A DNA stretch of 42,289 bases from Eubacteriales bacterium (GTDB taxonomy: Bacteria > Bacillota > Clostridia > Oscillospirales > CAG-272): assembly GCA_045634705.1 (NCBI GenBank), contig JAZRAU010000061.1, forward strand, positions 1 to 42,289. The letters are read 5' to 3'. The notes beneath the pieces are model-generated. The model was not told where the DNA came from. It ran no database searches and was given only the letters and a program-made list of their open reading frames with translations. The stretch's first letter is position 1; each line of letters starts with the position of its first letter. The translations under genes and the position numbers were made by a program. Of this stretch, positions 9,989 to 20,075 are shown in pieces.

Positions 9989-10318
9989 ATGAATACGCTT
10001 CATATTAAAAAGGACGATATCGTGGTCGTTCTCTCCGGTGACGACAAGGGCGTCCGCGGTAAGGTCATCGCCGTGTCCCCCAAGGAGGGCAAGGTCATGG
10101 TCGAGGGCGTCAACAAGGTTAAAAAGCACAACAAGGCTCGCAAGCAGGGCGATGTCAGCAGCATCGTGGAGACCGAGGGCGCGATCTACGCCTCCAAGGT
10201 CCAGCTTGTCTGCCCCAAGTGTGACAAGGGCGTTCGCGCCAAGGCAGAGATCGTGACCGATAAGGACGGCAAGTCCCTTAAGGTCCGCAAGTGCCCCAAG
10301 TGCGGCGCGGAAATCTAA
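9989..10318 (+). CDS. rplX: 50S ribosomal protein L24
   Basis: KOW motif [20 protein letters not shown]. Confidence 0.97.
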   Translation: MNTLHIKKDDIVVVLSGDDKGVRGKVIAVSPKEGKVMVEGVNKVKKHNKARKQGDVSSIVETEGAIYASKVQLVCPKCDKGVRAKAEIVTDKDGKSLKVRKCPKCGAEI

Positions 10319-10335
10319 AGAGGAGGAGAGAAGAT

Positions 10336-10875
10336 ATGTCCAGATATAGTGAAATGTATAAGAACGAAGTCGCTCCTGCTCTGATGAAGAAGTTTTCCTA
10401 CAAGAGCCCCATGCAGATCCCGAAGTTTGATAAGATCGTTATCAACGTCGGCTGCGGCGATGCCAAGGAGAACTCGAAGGTGATCGATTCGGTGATCGAG
10501 GAGATCTCGATGATCGCCGGTCAGAAGGCCGTTCCCACCTACGCCAAGAAGTCGGTTTCCAACTTCAAGCTTCGTGAGGGCATGAAGATCGGTGTTAAGG
10601 TCACGCTCCGTGGCGAGCGCATGTACGAATTCATGGACCGTCTGTTCAACTTTGCGTTGCCCCGCGTCCGTGACTTCAAGGGCATCAATCCCAACGCCTT
10701 CGACGGCCGCGGCAACTACGCCCTCGGCCTGAAGGAGCAGTTGATCTTCCCTGAGATCGAGTACGATAAGATCGAGAAGATCCGCGGTATGGATATCGTG
10801 TTTGTCACGACCGCCGAAAACGATGAAGAGGCCAAAGAGCTGCTCAGCCTGATGGGCGCGCCCTTTGCCAGATGA
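10336..10875 (+). CDS. rplE: 50S ribosomal protein L5
   Basis: [24 protein letters not shown]; start at ATG 10336. Confidence 0.98.
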   Translation: MSRYSEMYKNEVAPALMKKFSYKSPMQIPKFDKIVINVGCGDAKENSKVIDSVIEEISMIAGQKAVPTYAKKSVSNFKLREGMKIGVKVTLRGERMYEFMDRLFNFALPRVRDFKGINPNAFDGRGNYALGLKEQLIFPEIEYDKIEKIRGMDIVFVTTAENDEEAKELLSLMGAPFAR

Positions 10876-10887
10876 GGAGATTGAGGA

Positions 10888-11073
10888 ATGGCTAAAACAT
10901 CCATGATCCTGAAGCAGCAGAAAGCGCCGAAGTATTCCACGCGTGCCTACAACAGATGCAAGATCTGCGGCAGACCCCACGCGTATCTTCGTAAGTACGG
11001 CATCTGCCGTATCTGCTTCCGCGAGCTTGCCTACAACGGCGAGATTCCCGGCGTCCGCAAGGCCAGCTGGTAA
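10888..11073 (+). CDS. rpsN: 30S ribosomal protein S14 (zinc-binding type Z)
   Basis: 61 aa; RCKICGR and CRICFR zinc motifs. Confidence 0.97.
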   Translation: MAKTSMILKQQKAPKYSTRAYNRCKICGRPHAYLRKYGICRICFRELAYNGEIPGVRKASW

Positions 11074-11184
11074 TTCCACCCCTTTTCTGTCGGCAGGAAA
11101 GTCCGCGTCGGGCTTTTACCACCGACCAGCCGCCACCCCGTGTGGCAGCAAGAACCATGAACTTGCATAAAGGAGGATTTTACA

Positions 11185-11583
11185 ATGCAAATTTCCGACG
11201 TTATCGCCGATATGCTCACCCGTATCCGCAACGCCAACGATGCGAAGCATGAGACGGTTGACATTCCGGCATCCAACATCAAGAAGTCCATCGCTGAGAT
11301 TCTTTTCAACGAGGGCTACATCAAAAGCTACCAGATCGTTGAGGACGGCAAGCAGGGCATCATCCGTGTTACCCTGAAGTACGCCCCCGGCAAGCAGAAG
11401 GTGATCCACGGTCTGCGCCGCGTTTCCAAGCCCGGCCTCCGTATCTACTCCGACTGCGAAAACATGCCGAAGGTCATGAACGGTCTTGGCATCGCTATCG
11501 TGTCCACCTCCAAGGGTGTTATGACCGATAAGAAAGCAAGAAAAGAGAACGTGGGCGGCGAAGTCCTCGCGTTCGTCTGGTAA
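11185..11583 (+). CDS. rpsH: 30S ribosomal protein S8
   Basis: [24 protein letters not shown]. Confidence 0.98.
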   Translation: MQISDVIADMLTRIRNANDAKHETVDIPASNIKKSIAEILFNEGYIKSYQIVEDGKQGIIRVTLKYAPGKQKVIHGLRRVSKPGLRIYSDCENMPKVMNGLGIAIVSTSKGVMTDKKARKENVGGEVLAFVW

Positions 11584-11597
11584 GGAGGAGCAAAGAG

Positions 11598-12137
11598 ATG
11601 TCTAGAATCGGAAGAGCTCCCATTACCGTTCCTGCCAACGTTACGGTCACTCTGGCAGAGGGCAACAACGTTACCGTCAAGGGGCCCCTCGGCACCCTGA
11701 CCTCCACCTTCCTCCCCTCGGTCACCATCACGCTGGATAACGGCACTCTGCTCGTTACCCGTGAGAATGACGAGAAGGAAGTCCGCGCCGTTCACGGTCT
11801 GACCCGTGCGCTCCTTGCCAACATGGTAGAGGGCGTGACCAACGGCTATTCCAAGCGTCTCGAGATCGTTGGCGTTGGCTACCGTGTTGAGAAGCAGGGC
11901 AAGAAGCTCGTTCTCAACCTCGGCTACTCGCACCCCATCTTCTTTGAAGAGGGAGACGGCATCACCTTTGAGGTGCCGGACAGCAACACGATCGTTGTCA
12001 AGGGCATCGACAAGCAGGCCGTTGGCCAGGTCGCCGCTCAGATCCGCGAGAAGAGACCTCCCGAGCCGTACCTCGGCAAGGGCGTCAAGTATGCCGGCGA
12101 GAAGATCCGCCGCAAGGCCGGTAAGACCGGTAAATAA
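11598..12137 (+). CDS. rplF: 50S ribosomal protein L6
   Basis: MSRIG, LGYSHP, RPPEPYLGKG. Confidence 0.98.
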   Translation: MSRIGRAPITVPANVTVTLAEGNNVTVKGPLGTLTSTFLPSVTITLDNGTLLVTRENDEKEVRAVHGLTRALLANMVEGVTNGYSKRLEIVGVGYRVEKQGKKLVLNLGYSHPIFFEEGDGITFEVPDSNTIVVKGIDKQAVGQVAAQIREKRPPEPYLGKGVKYAGEKIRRKAGKTGK

Positions 12138-12155
12138 TGAAAGGAGTCCGAAGAG

Positions 12156-12515
12156 ATGGTTAAGAGAATCGACAGCAACAAACAGCGTCTTAAGAGACAT
12201 GCTCGTGTTCGCGCCAAGATTTCCGGCACCGCCGAGAGACCGCGTCTTTGCGTCTATCGTTCCAACGCCAACATCAGCGCGCAGATCATCGACGATACTC
12301 AGGGCGTTACGCTCGTTTCCGCTTCCACGCTGGAGGCCTCCTTTGAAGGCATCGGCTCTAACAAAGAGGCGGCCAAGAAGGTCGGTATCGCCATTGCCCA
12401 GCGCGCTATCGAAAAAGGCATTTCCGAGGTCGTTTTCGACCGCGGCGGCTATATTTACCACGGACGTGTATCGGAGCTGGCTGCAGGTGCCCGTGAGGGC
12501 GGCCTGAAGTTCTGA
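12156..12515 (+). CDS. rplR: 50S ribosomal protein L18
   Basis: [22 protein letters not shown]. Confidence 0.98.
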   Translation: MVKRIDSNKQRLKRHARVRAKISGTAERPRLCVYRSNANISAQIIDDTQGVTLVSASTLEASFEGIGSNKEAAKKVGIAIAQRAIEKGISEVVFDRGGYIYHGRVSELAAGAREGGLKF

Positions 12516-12565
12516 GTCCGGTTTGTACACACTCCAAAGATTTCAGAATGAATTAGGAGAAAAAC

Positions 12566-13069
12566 ATGGCAAGAAGAAATGACGCGATGGAGTCCGAGTT
12601 CCAGGAACAGCTCGTCGCATTGAACCGTGTTTCCAAGACCGTTAAGGGTGGTCGTATCGCTCGCTTTGCTGCGCTGATGGTGATCGGCGACGGCAAGGGC
12701 CGCGTTGGCTACGGTCTCGGAAAGGCTGCCGAGGTTCCCGAAGCGATCCGCAAGGGAATCGAAGATGCTAAGAAAAACATGATCACCGTGTCGCTTTCCG
12801 ACACTACCATCCCCCACGAGGTTACCGGCGAGTTCGGCTCGGGCCGCGTGCTTCTGAAGCCCGCCCCCACCGGTACCGGTATCATCGCGGGCGGCTCTGT
12901 CCGTAAGGTTCTTGAAGCTGCGGGTATCAAGAATATCCGTGCCAAGTGCCTCCGCTCCTCCAACCCCATCAACGTTGTTAAGGCGACCTTTGTGGGTCTT
13001 GCCGAGCTGCGTACGGCGGAGGAAGTGGCTGCTCTCCGCGGTATCTCCGTGGATGACATCAAGGCATAA
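12566..13069 (+). CDS. rpsE: 30S ribosomal protein S5
   Basis: [18 protein letters not shown]. Confidence 0.98.
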   Translation: MARRNDAMESEFQEQLVALNRVSKTVKGGRIARFAALMVIGDGKGRVGYGLGKAAEVPEAIRKGIEDAKKNMITVSLSDTTIPHEVTGEFGSGRVLLKPAPTGTGIIAGGSVRKVLEAAGIKNIRAKCLRSSNPINVVKATFVGLAELRTAEEVAALRGISVDDIKA

Positions 13070-13083
13070 GGAGGACAAACGAC

Positions 13084-13263
13084 ATGGAAAAAGTGAAGGT
13101 TGTTCTCGCAAAGAGCCTGATCTCGGCAAAGCCGAATCAGAAGGCGACCGCTGCCTCCCTTGGGCTGAAGCGCCCGGGCGACAGCATCGTGCACGACAAT
13201 GACGCTGTGCTGGCGGGCAAGATCGCCGTCCTGCATCACCTCGTCAAGGTCGAGACCGTTTGA
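13084..13263 (+). CDS. rpmD: 50S ribosomal protein L30 (absent from the ORF track, 59 aa)
   Basis: MEKVKVVLAKSLISAKPNQKATAASLGLKRPGD...HLVKVETV between rpsE and rplO; AGGAGG RBS. Confidence 0.93.
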   Translation: MEKVKVVLAKSLISAKPNQKATAASLGLKRPGDSIVHDNDAVLAGKIAVLHHLVKVETV

Positions 13264-13288
13264 TCGGAATAAATAAGGAGGAAAAGAA

Positions 13289-13729
13289 ATGAAGCTCCAT
13301 GAACTTTCGCCCGCGGCCGGTTCCACGCAGGAATCCTACCGCAAGGGAAGAGGTCCCGGTTCCGGTAACGGTAAAACCGCAGGTAAGGGCCACAAGGGCC
13401 AGAATGCCCGTTCGGGCGGCGGTGTCCGTCCCGGCTTTGAGGGCGGCCAGCTGCCCCTCTACCGTAAGCTTCCGAAGAGAGGCTTCCACAACAAGTTTGG
13501 CAAGCAGTTTGCGATTGTCAACATTGATGCACTGAACAGATTTGAAGACGGTGCGGTGATCGACACCGCTGCGCTTTGCGAGGCGGGCCTTGTCACGCGT
13601 ATCGACGACGGCGTTAAGATCCTTGGTAACGGCGAGCTCACTAAAAAACTTACCGTGAAAGCGGCTGTCTTTTCAAATTCGGCAAAGGAGAAGATAGAGG
13701 CGGCAGGTGGAAAGACTGAGGTGATCTAA
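13289..13729 (+). CDS. rplO: 50S ribosomal protein L15
   Basis: [24 protein letters not shown]. Confidence 0.98.
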   Translation: MKLHELSPAAGSTQESYRKGRGPGSGNGKTAGKGHKGQNARSGGGVRPGFEGGQLPLYRKLPKRGFHNKFGKQFAIVNIDALNRFEDGAVIDTAALCEAGLVTRIDDGVKILGNGELTKKLTVKAAVFSNSAKEKIEAAGGKTEVI

Positions 13730-15106
13730 ATGCTTCAGACTTTGAGGAAGGCCTGGCGCGTACCGGAGATTAAGAATAAGATCCTTGTGGTTCTCTTTAT
13801 CCTTCTCCTGTATCGCATCGGTGCTGTTATTCCCGTGCCTTACGTCGATGCTTCGAACTTCAATGCACAGTTCGGCAGCACGATCTTCTCGTATCTTTCT
13901 ACGCTCTCCGGCGGTGCGCTGGAGCAAGCGACCCTGTTTGCACTCGGTATCTCGCCGTACATCACGGCGTCTATCGTTCTGCAGCTCCTGACCGTTGCCT
14001 TCCCGAAGCTTGGCGAGATCGCCAAGCGCGGTGAGGAGGGCAAGCAGTTCGTCAACAAGTGGACGCGTATCGTCACCGTCATTCTCGCAGTTGTGACGGC
14101 GATCGGCTACTATATCCTGCTTGCCAAGAACAACATGCTTATGCCCGAGGCGGTCTGGGGTGAAGGAAAGTCCTGGACGTGGTTCCTCTACGCCTCGGTC
14201 ATCGTGATCTGCTTCTGCGCGGGCGCATCCCTTGTGATGTGGCTGGCCGAGAAGATCAACGAGAACGGCCTTGGCAACGGTATCTCCCTGATCCTTTTCT
14301 TCAACATCATTCACTCCCTGCCCTCGACGCTCATCACCCTTGGCTCGCTCACCGTGGCGGCCTTCGGCTCGTCGGTCGGCAAGGGCTTCGGTGCTATCGG
14401 CCTTGCGCTCTTTGTGATCCTTGGCCTTCTGGCACTCACCTTCTTCATCATCTTCGTAACGGGCAGTGAGCGCAGGATCCCTGTGCAGTATGCCAAGCGT
14501 GTGGTCGGCCGTAAGATGTACGGCGGACAGAGCACCAACCTTCCCCTCCAGCTCAATATGTCGGGCGTTATGCCTGTCATCTTTGCGTCCTCGATCGTTT
14601 CGCTCCCCACCACGATCCTCGTGCTGTGCGGCGTGACGGAAAAGACCGAGAACTTCTGGGGCTGGCTCTATCGCGTCTTCGATGCGAACGGTTGGGTGTA
14701 TCCGATCATCCTCTTTGTGCTGATCATCGCGTTTGCTTACTTCTATATCACGATCTCGTTCAACCCCGTTGAGGTTGCCAACAACCTCAAAAAGAACGGC
14801 GGTATGATCCCCGGTATCCGTCAGGGCAGACCGACGGCAGAGTATATCAAGCGTATCCTTGGTAAGATCACCCTTATGGGCGCTCTTTTCCTCTCGGTCG
14901 TGGCGATCCTGCCGATCATCGTCCGTCCCCTCGTCATTGAGCCGATCCTCGGTGCCATTGCCAGCGCCGCTGAGGCCCAGTACCTTGCCCAGAGCTTTAC
15001 GTTCGGCGGTACCTCGATCCTCATCGTGGTTGGCATCGCTCTTGAGACGGCGCGTGAGCTTGAGGCCCAGCTGACGATGCGTAACTACAAGGGCTTCCTG
15101 TCCTAA
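13730..15106 (+). CDS. secY: Preprotein translocase subunit SecY
   Basis: LGISPYITASI, GLGNGISL, IPGIRQG, FGGTSILIVVG. Confidence 0.98.
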   Translation: MLQTLRKAWRVPEIKNKILVVLFILLLYRIGAVIPVPYVDASNFNAQFGSTIFSYLSTLSGGALEQATLFALGISPYITASIVLQLLTVAFPKLGEIAKRGEEGKQFVNKWTRIVTVILAVVTAIGYYILLAKNNMLMPEAVWGEGKSWTWFLYASVIVICFCAGASLVMWLAEKINENGLGNGISLILFFNIIHSLPSTLITLGSLTVAAFGSSVGKGFGAIGLALFVILGLLALTFFIIFVTGSERRIPVQYAKRVVGRKMYGGQSTNLPLQLNMSGVMPVIFASSIVSLPTTILVLCGVTEKTENFWGWLYRVFDANGWVYPIILFVLIIAFAYFYITISFNPVEVANNLKKNGGMIPGIRQGRPTAEYIKRILGKITLMGALFLSVVAILPIIVRPLVIEPILGAIASAAEAQYLAQSFTFGGTSILIVVGIALETARELEAQLTMRNYKGFLS

Positions 15107-15119
15107 GGAGTCGGGATCT

Positions 15120-15761
15120 ATGAAGATCATTTTTCTCGGTGCCCCCGGGGCCGGGAAAGGTACTCAGGCGGAGATCGTTTCGGATCGCTTCGGCATTCCG
15201 ACGATCTCCACGGGTGCCATTATCCGGCAAGCCGTGAAGGAGGGCACACCGACGGGAATTGCCGCCAAGACGTATATTGACAACGGTGCACTCGTGCCCG
15301 ATGACGTGGTCGTTTCGATCATTCGTGAGCGTCTGGCAGCCCCCGATTGCAACAATGGGTTTATCCTCGACGGTTTTCCTCGCACCGTGCCTCAGGCTGA
15401 GGCGCTGGAGCGTATGGGGATCCGCCCCGACGCGGTCATCTCGCTTGAGGTTGACGATGAGGTCATCGTCGGCCGTATGAGCGGCCGCCGCGTTTGCGGA
15501 GATTGCGGTGCTACCTACCATGTGGTATCACTGCCTCCCAAGTGTGAGGGCGTTTGTGATAAATGCGGTGCCTCTCTTACCGTCCGCCGTGACGATAAGC
15601 CGGAGGTCGTGCTTGACCGCCTCCGTGTCTATCACGAAACGACCGAGCCTCTGAAGGACTTCTACGCATCGCTCGGACTGCTTGTCAGTGTCTTTGGTGC
15701 CGATGACGTGGGAGAAACAACGGCACGGACGCTCCGTGCTTTGGGAGTCAAAAACGCATGA
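15120..15761 (+). CDS. adk: Adenylate kinase
   Basis: GAPGAGKGTQA, LDGFPRT, zinc lid CGDC/CDKC. Confidence 0.97.
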   Translation: MKIIFLGAPGAGKGTQAEIVSDRFGIPTISTGAIIRQAVKEGTPTGIAAKTYIDNGALVPDDVVVSIIRERLAAPDCNNGFILDGFPRTVPQAEALERMGIRPDAVISLEVDDEVIVGRMSGRRVCGDCGATYHVVSLPPKCEGVCDKCGASLTVRRDDKPEVVLDRLRVYHETTEPLKDFYASLGLLVSVFGADDVGETTARTLRALGVKNA

Positions 15762-16510
15762 TTCCGATCAAGAATACAGAACAGCTCAAGCTGATGAGGC
15801 AAGCTTGCCGAATTACAGGCGAGGCACTCCTCGTAGCCGAGGAGGCGATACGCCCCGGTATTTCAACCAAGGCGCTCGATAGTGTCATTCGTGCTTACAT
15901 TGAAAAATGCAACGCACGTCCGACCTTCCTCGGGTACGGCGGGTTTCCCGCTGCCGCCTGCATCAGCATCAATGACGAAGTCATACACGGCATTCCTTCC
16001 GATGACCGCTATCTCTCTGAGGGCGACATTGTGAAGATCGATGTCGGCGCTCACTACCGTGGGTTTACGGGCGATGCCGCCAGGACCTTTGCGGTGGGAA
16101 CGGTCAGCCAAGAGGCAGCCGCCTTGATTCGGGCGACGGAGGAAAGCTTCCGCCGTGGAGCCGCGGCCGCGCTTGTTGGCAACCGTATCGGTGATATCGG
16201 GAGCGCTGTGGAGTCTTACGTCCGTGAGTTCGGGTACTCGGTGGTCCGCAAGTTTGTCGGCCACGGCGTGGGTGCTGAGCTTCACGAGGAGCCTGAGGTT
16301 CCCAATTTCGGGACACCGGGGCGCGGCGTCCGGCTCTTTGCGGGTATGACACTCGCCATCGAACCGATGGTCAACGCGGGCAGTGCGGACGTACGCATTC
16401 TGCCCAATCGCTGGACGGTCGTAACGGTGGACGGCTCGCTTTCCGCGCACTATGAAAACACAGTGGCGGTGACGGCGGACGGCCCCGAGCTTATGACCGA
16501 TATCAAATGA
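15758..16510 (+). CDS. map: Methionine aminopeptidase type I
   Basis: EVIHGIP, GHGVG-LHEEP, AIEPM, SAHYENT. Confidence 0.97.
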   Translation: MIPIKNTEQLKLMRQACRITGEALLVAEEAIRPGISTKALDSVIRAYIEKCNARPTFLGYGGFPAAACISINDEVIHGIPSDDRYLSEGDIVKIDVGAHYRGFTGDAARTFAVGTVSQEAAALIRATEESFRRGAAAALVGNRIGDIGSAVESYVREFGYSVVRKFVGHGVGAELHEEPEVPNFGTPGRGVRLFAGMTLAIEPMVNAGSADVRILPNRWTVVTVDGSLSAHYENTVAVTADGPELMTDIK

Positions 16511-16538
16511 GCTATTATGCAGAAGGGGAGGGATTTTT

Positions 16539-16760
16539 CTGCCGAAGGATGATCTTATCGAGTTTGAGGACGGCGTTGTCTTGGAAGCACTTCCGAACGC
16601 CACCTTCAAGGTCAAGCTGCCCAACGGGCACGTTGTGACCGCCCACATTTCGGGCAAGCTCCGCATGAACTATATCAAGATCCTGCCCGGTGACACGGTA
16701 ACGGTTGAGGTCTCGGTCTACGACCTCACCAAGGGCCGCATCACCTGGAGGAAAAAGTAA
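16539..16760 (+). CDS. infA: Translation initiation factor IF-1 (probable CTG start; absent from the ORF track)
   Basis: [22 protein letters not shown]...[17 protein letters not shown]...[13 protein letters not shown]; GGGGAGGG lies 6 nt upstream of the CTG. Confidence 0.93.
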   Translation: MPKDDLIEFEDGVVLEALPNATFKVKLPNGHVVTAHISGKLRMNYIKILPGDTVTVEVSVYDLTKGRITWRKK

Positions 16761-16787
16761 ACGTACTGAAAGGAACGGTATACAAGA

Positions 16788-16901
16788 ATGAAAGTAAAGC
16801 CTTCCGTCAAGAAGATTTGCGAAAAGTGCAAAATCATCAAGAGAAAAGGTCGCGTCATGGTTATCTGCGAGAACCCCAAGCACAAGCAGAAGCAGGGCTA
16901 A
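16788..16901 (+). CDS. rpmJ: 50S ribosomal protein L36 (absent from the ORF track)
   Basis: [37 protein letters not shown]. Confidence 0.97.
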   Translation: MKVKPSVKKICEKCKIIKRKGRVMVICENPKHKQKQG

Positions 16902-16942
16902 GCCTTTCACGGTCAAATTAAAACAAAAGGAGAGTAATATCC

Positions 16943-17311
16943 ATGGCTCGTATTGCTGGTGTTGATATTCCCAACAACAAGCGCATTGAGATCGCCCTGA
17001 CCTACATCTACGGTATCGGGCTCAAGAGCGCACAGGACATTCTGGCCAAGACCGGAATCGATCCGAATACCCGTGCCAAAGACCTCAGCGAGAACGAGGT
17101 TGCCAAGCTTCGTGACGTTATCGAGGCCGACTACCACGTCGAGGGTGACCTCCGCCGTGAAGTCGCTATGAACATCAAGAGCATGGTCGAGATCAACTGC
17201 TATCGCGGCATCCGCCACAGAAAGGGCCTGCCTGTCCGCGGTCAGCGTACCAAGACCAATGCAAGAACCAGAAAAGGTCCGGCGAAGACGATCGCCAACA
17301 AGAAGAAATAA
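16943..17311 (+). CDS. rpsM: 30S ribosomal protein S13
   Basis: [28 protein letters not shown]. Confidence 0.98.
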   Translation: MARIAGVDIPNNKRIEIALTYIYGIGLKSAQDILAKTGIDPNTRAKDLSENEVAKLRDVIEADYHVEGDLRREVAMNIKSMVEINCYRGIRHRKGLPVRGQRTKTNARTRKGPAKTIANKKK

Positions 17312-17324
17312 GGAGTGACGAAAG

Positions 17325-17726
17325 ATGGCTAAAGCTAATGTCGGCAAGAAGATTGTCAAGAAACGCCGCGAGCGCAAGAACGTTGAGTCGGGCGCCGCAC
17401 ATATCCGCTCCACCTTCAATAACACCATTGTGACCATCACCGATACCAAGGGCAACGCGATCTCGTGGGCTTCGGCCGGCGAGATGGGCTTCAAGGGCTC
17501 GAGAAAGTCCACGCCCTACGCCGCCCAGACCGCCGCGGAGACGGCCGCCAAGGCTGCCGTTGAGCACGGCATGAAGACGGTTGAGGTCTATGTCAGAGGT
17601 CCCGGGTCGGGCCGTGAGTCCGCGATCCGCGCTCTGCAGACCGCGGGTCTTGAGATCACGCTCATCCGTGACGTGACCCCCATTCCCCACAACGGTTGCC
17701 GCCCGCCTAAGCGCCGCCGTGTTTAA
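17325..17726 (+). CDS. rpsK: 30S ribosomal protein S11
   Basis: [27 protein letters not shown]. Confidence 0.98.
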   Translation: MAKANVGKKIVKKRRERKNVESGAAHIRSTFNNTIVTITDTKGNAISWASAGEMGFKGSRKSTPYAAQTAAETAAKAAVEHGMKTVEVYVRGPGSGRESAIRALQTAGLEITLIRDVTPIPHNGCRPPKRRRV

Positions 17727-17747
17727 TTCAAGGGAGGTATAAAGAAA

Positions 17748-18374
17748 ATGGCAAGATATACTGGTGCTAACTGCAAGCTCTGCCGCAGAGAAGGTAAGAA
17801 GCTTTATCTGAAGGGCGACAAGTGTCTCTCCTCCAAGTGCCCCGTTGAGAAGCGCGGCACGGCCCCCGGCCAGCACGGCGCTGCCCGCAAGAAGGTTGAG
17901 GACTACGGCCGTCACCTCCGCGAGAAGCAGGCGACGAGACGCTACTACGGCGTCCTTGAGAGACAGTTCAGAAACTACTATGAGATCGCCGCTGCCAAAG
18001 AGGGCATGACGGGTGAAAACCTGCTCGTTCTCCTTGAGCGCCGTCTCGACAATGTGGTGTACCGTATGGGCATGGCCGAGAGCCGTAAGGAAGCCCGTCA
18101 GCTCGTTCTGCACGGCCACTTCACCATCAACGGTAACAAGGCCACCATTCCCTCCATGCTCGTTAAGGCCGGTGACGTTGTCGCTGTGAAGGAGAGCCGC
18201 CGTGACGGTGCCAAGATCAAGGCCCTCGCTGAGAACGCTCCCTCCAGAGTAAAGCCGAAGTGGCTTGACTTCAACGAGCAGGATCTCGCGGCCAAGGTCG
18301 TTGCTCTCCCCACGAGAGAGGACATCGATTTCGACTTCGAGGAGCAGCTCATCGTCGAACTTTATTCCAAGTAA
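17748..18374 (+). CDS. rpsD: 30S ribosomal protein S4
   Basis: [33 protein letters not shown]. Confidence 0.98.
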   Translation: MARYTGANCKLCRREGKKLYLKGDKCLSSKCPVEKRGTAPGQHGAARKKVEDYGRHLREKQATRRYYGVLERQFRNYYEIAAAKEGMTGENLLVLLERRLDNVVYRMGMAESRKEARQLVLHGHFTINGNKATIPSMLVKAGDVVAVKESRRDGAKIKALAENAPSRVKPKWLDFNEQDLAAKVVALPTREDIDFDFEEQLIVELYSK

Positions 18375-18497
18375 GCCTCCGCGTGTCACGGCCCACCCCC
18401 CGACACAGCGGGGTGCTTCGGCGTGGCATTTCAATGAAAGACCTATCCCCTCTTTTGGGGATAGCCAACCGAAATATTGTTTAGGAGGAGCATTACG

Positions 18498-19466
18498 ATG
18501 TTTGAGAAACCCAATATTATCACCACTGAGCTGAACGAGGACGGAAGCGAGGGTGAATTCGTTGTAGAGCCCCTGGAAAGAGGCTACGGCATCACGCTTG
18601 GTAACTCTCTGCGCCGCATTCTGCTCAGCTCGCTTCCCGGATATGCCGTTACCTCCGTTAAGATCGAGGGCGTTCTGCACGAGATCTCCACGGTGGCGGG
18701 TGTCAAGGAGGACGTTCCCGAGATCATCCTGAATGTGAAGGGCATCATCGCTAAGCTGTATTCCGAAGGTCCCAAGACCGTCCTTATCGACGTCACCGGT
18801 CCCAAGGTCGTCACGGCGGGCGATATTTCTCCCGATGCGGACATCGAGATCCTGAATCCCGATCACGTCCTTGCCACGATCAACGATAACTCGCGCTTCT
18901 TCATGGAGTTGACCTTTGACTCCGGCCGCGGCTACGTTTCCGCCGACAAGAACAAGCAGAACTACGTTTCTGCACTTGGCGCCGGCGCCAGCGCTCCGCT
19001 CGGCACGATCTTCACCGATTCGATCTTTACCCCTGTGTACAAGGTGGAATACAAGGTGGAGAACACCCGCGTGGGTAACATCACCGATTATGACAGACTG
19101 ACCCTGCACGTACTGACCAACGGTACTCTGAGTGCGAAAAAAGCGATTTCGCACGGTGCCAAGATTCTCAACGAGCATCTCAACCTCTTCGTTGACATGA
19201 CCGACGAGGCGAAGAACGCCGTCATCATGGTCGAGAGAGAAGAGACCAAGAAGGAAAAGGTCCTTGAGATGACCATTGAGGAGCTTGACCTGTCGGTCCG
19301 CAGCTTCAACTGCCTGAAGCGCGCCGGCATTGATACTGTCGAAGATCTGATCAACCGCACCGAGGAGGATATGATCAAGGTTCGTAACCTTGGTAAGAAG
19401 TCCCTCGAAGAGGTGATCCAGAAGCTTCATTCGCTGGACCTCGACCTGAAATCGGTTGAGGAATGA
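18498..19466 (+). CDS. rpoA: DNA-directed RNA polymerase subunit alpha
   Basis: [22 protein letters not shown]; alpha-[21 protein letters not shown]; start at ATG 18498 after AGGAGG. Confidence 0.98.
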   Translation: MFEKPNIITTELNEDGSEGEFVVEPLERGYGITLGNSLRRILLSSLPGYAVTSVKIEGVLHEISTVAGVKEDVPEIILNVKGIIAKLYSEGPKTVLIDVTGPKVVTAGDISPDADIEILNPDHVLATINDNSRFFMELTFDSGRGYVSADKNKQNYVSALGAGASAPLGTIFTDSIFTPVYKVEYKVENTRVGNITDYDRLTLHVLTNGTLSAKKAISHGAKILNEHLNLFVDMTDEAKNAVIMVEREETKKEKVLEMTIEELDLSVRSFNCLKRAGIDTVEDLINRTEEDMIKVRNLGKKSLEEVIQKLHSLDLDLKSVEE

Positions 19467-19492
19467 CCAATAACTGTTAGGAGGATAGAACA

Positions 19493-19858
19493 ATGCCCGG
19501 AACGAGAAAGCTCGGCCGGCCGACCGCTCACAGAAACGCCATGCTTCGCGGTATGGTCACGTATCTGCTTGAGAACGGCAAGATCGAAACTACGCTCACA
19601 AGAGCGAAGGAAGTCCGCGCTGTTGCGGAGAAGATGATTACCCTCGGCAAAGAGAACACGCTCGCCTCTTACCGTCAGGCCCTCGCCTACATCACCAAAG
19701 AGGACGTTGCCAAAAAGCTCTTTGACACCATCGCCCCCGGCTACGAGAAGAGAAACGGCGGTTACACCGCTATGTACAAGCTCGGCCCGCGCCGCGGTGA
19801 TGCCGCTGAGATGGCGCTCATCAAGCTGGTCGAGGCCGACGCCGACGACGCTGAGTAA
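19493..19858 (+). CDS. rplQ: 50S ribosomal protein L17
   Basis: [30 protein letters not shown]. Confidence 0.97.
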   Translation: MPGTRKLGRPTAHRNAMLRGMVTYLLENGKIETTLTRAKEVRAVAEKMITLGKENTLASYRQALAYITKEDVAKKLFDTIAPGYEKRNGGYTAMYKLGPRRGDAAEMALIKLVEADADDAE

Positions 19859-19865
19859 TCGCTTT

Positions 19866-19942
19866 TATAAGAAAAAGAAGGGTTTTTGACCCTTCTTTTT
19901 CTTATAGCAAAGTATCCCCACCGCTATGCGGTGGGGATACTT
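19866..19942. terminator. Two tandem hairpins, likely bidirectional terminators between rplQ and aroF
   Basis: 18-bp stem at 19866-19906 and 15-bp stem at 19910-19942. Confidence 0.7.
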
Positions 19943-20075
19943 ATTTTGAAGATACAGAAGTTGCGTTTTTGCCAAAACGCTTCTATAAACATAAACAAAA
20001 CCTTACTTATTTTGGGTTTTTAGCAGTACGTCGGCGGTGTTGAGGTCCTCTGCCTTGCCAACGGGCTTTGTTGGA

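Noticed and set aside
13673-15130. 485-aa ORF antisense to secY, and similar shadows over rplB, uraA, aroF and polA
   Set aside because: Mirror-frame artefacts of genuine genes
16511-16538. KOW-domain gene often found between map and infA in Firmicutes
   Set aside because: The spacer is only 28 nt, so the gene is simply absent here
17193-19493. 766-aa minus-strand ORF opposite rpsM-rpsK-rpsD-rpoA
   Set aside because: Antisense shadow of highly biased codons; no recognisable motifs; overlaps essential genes
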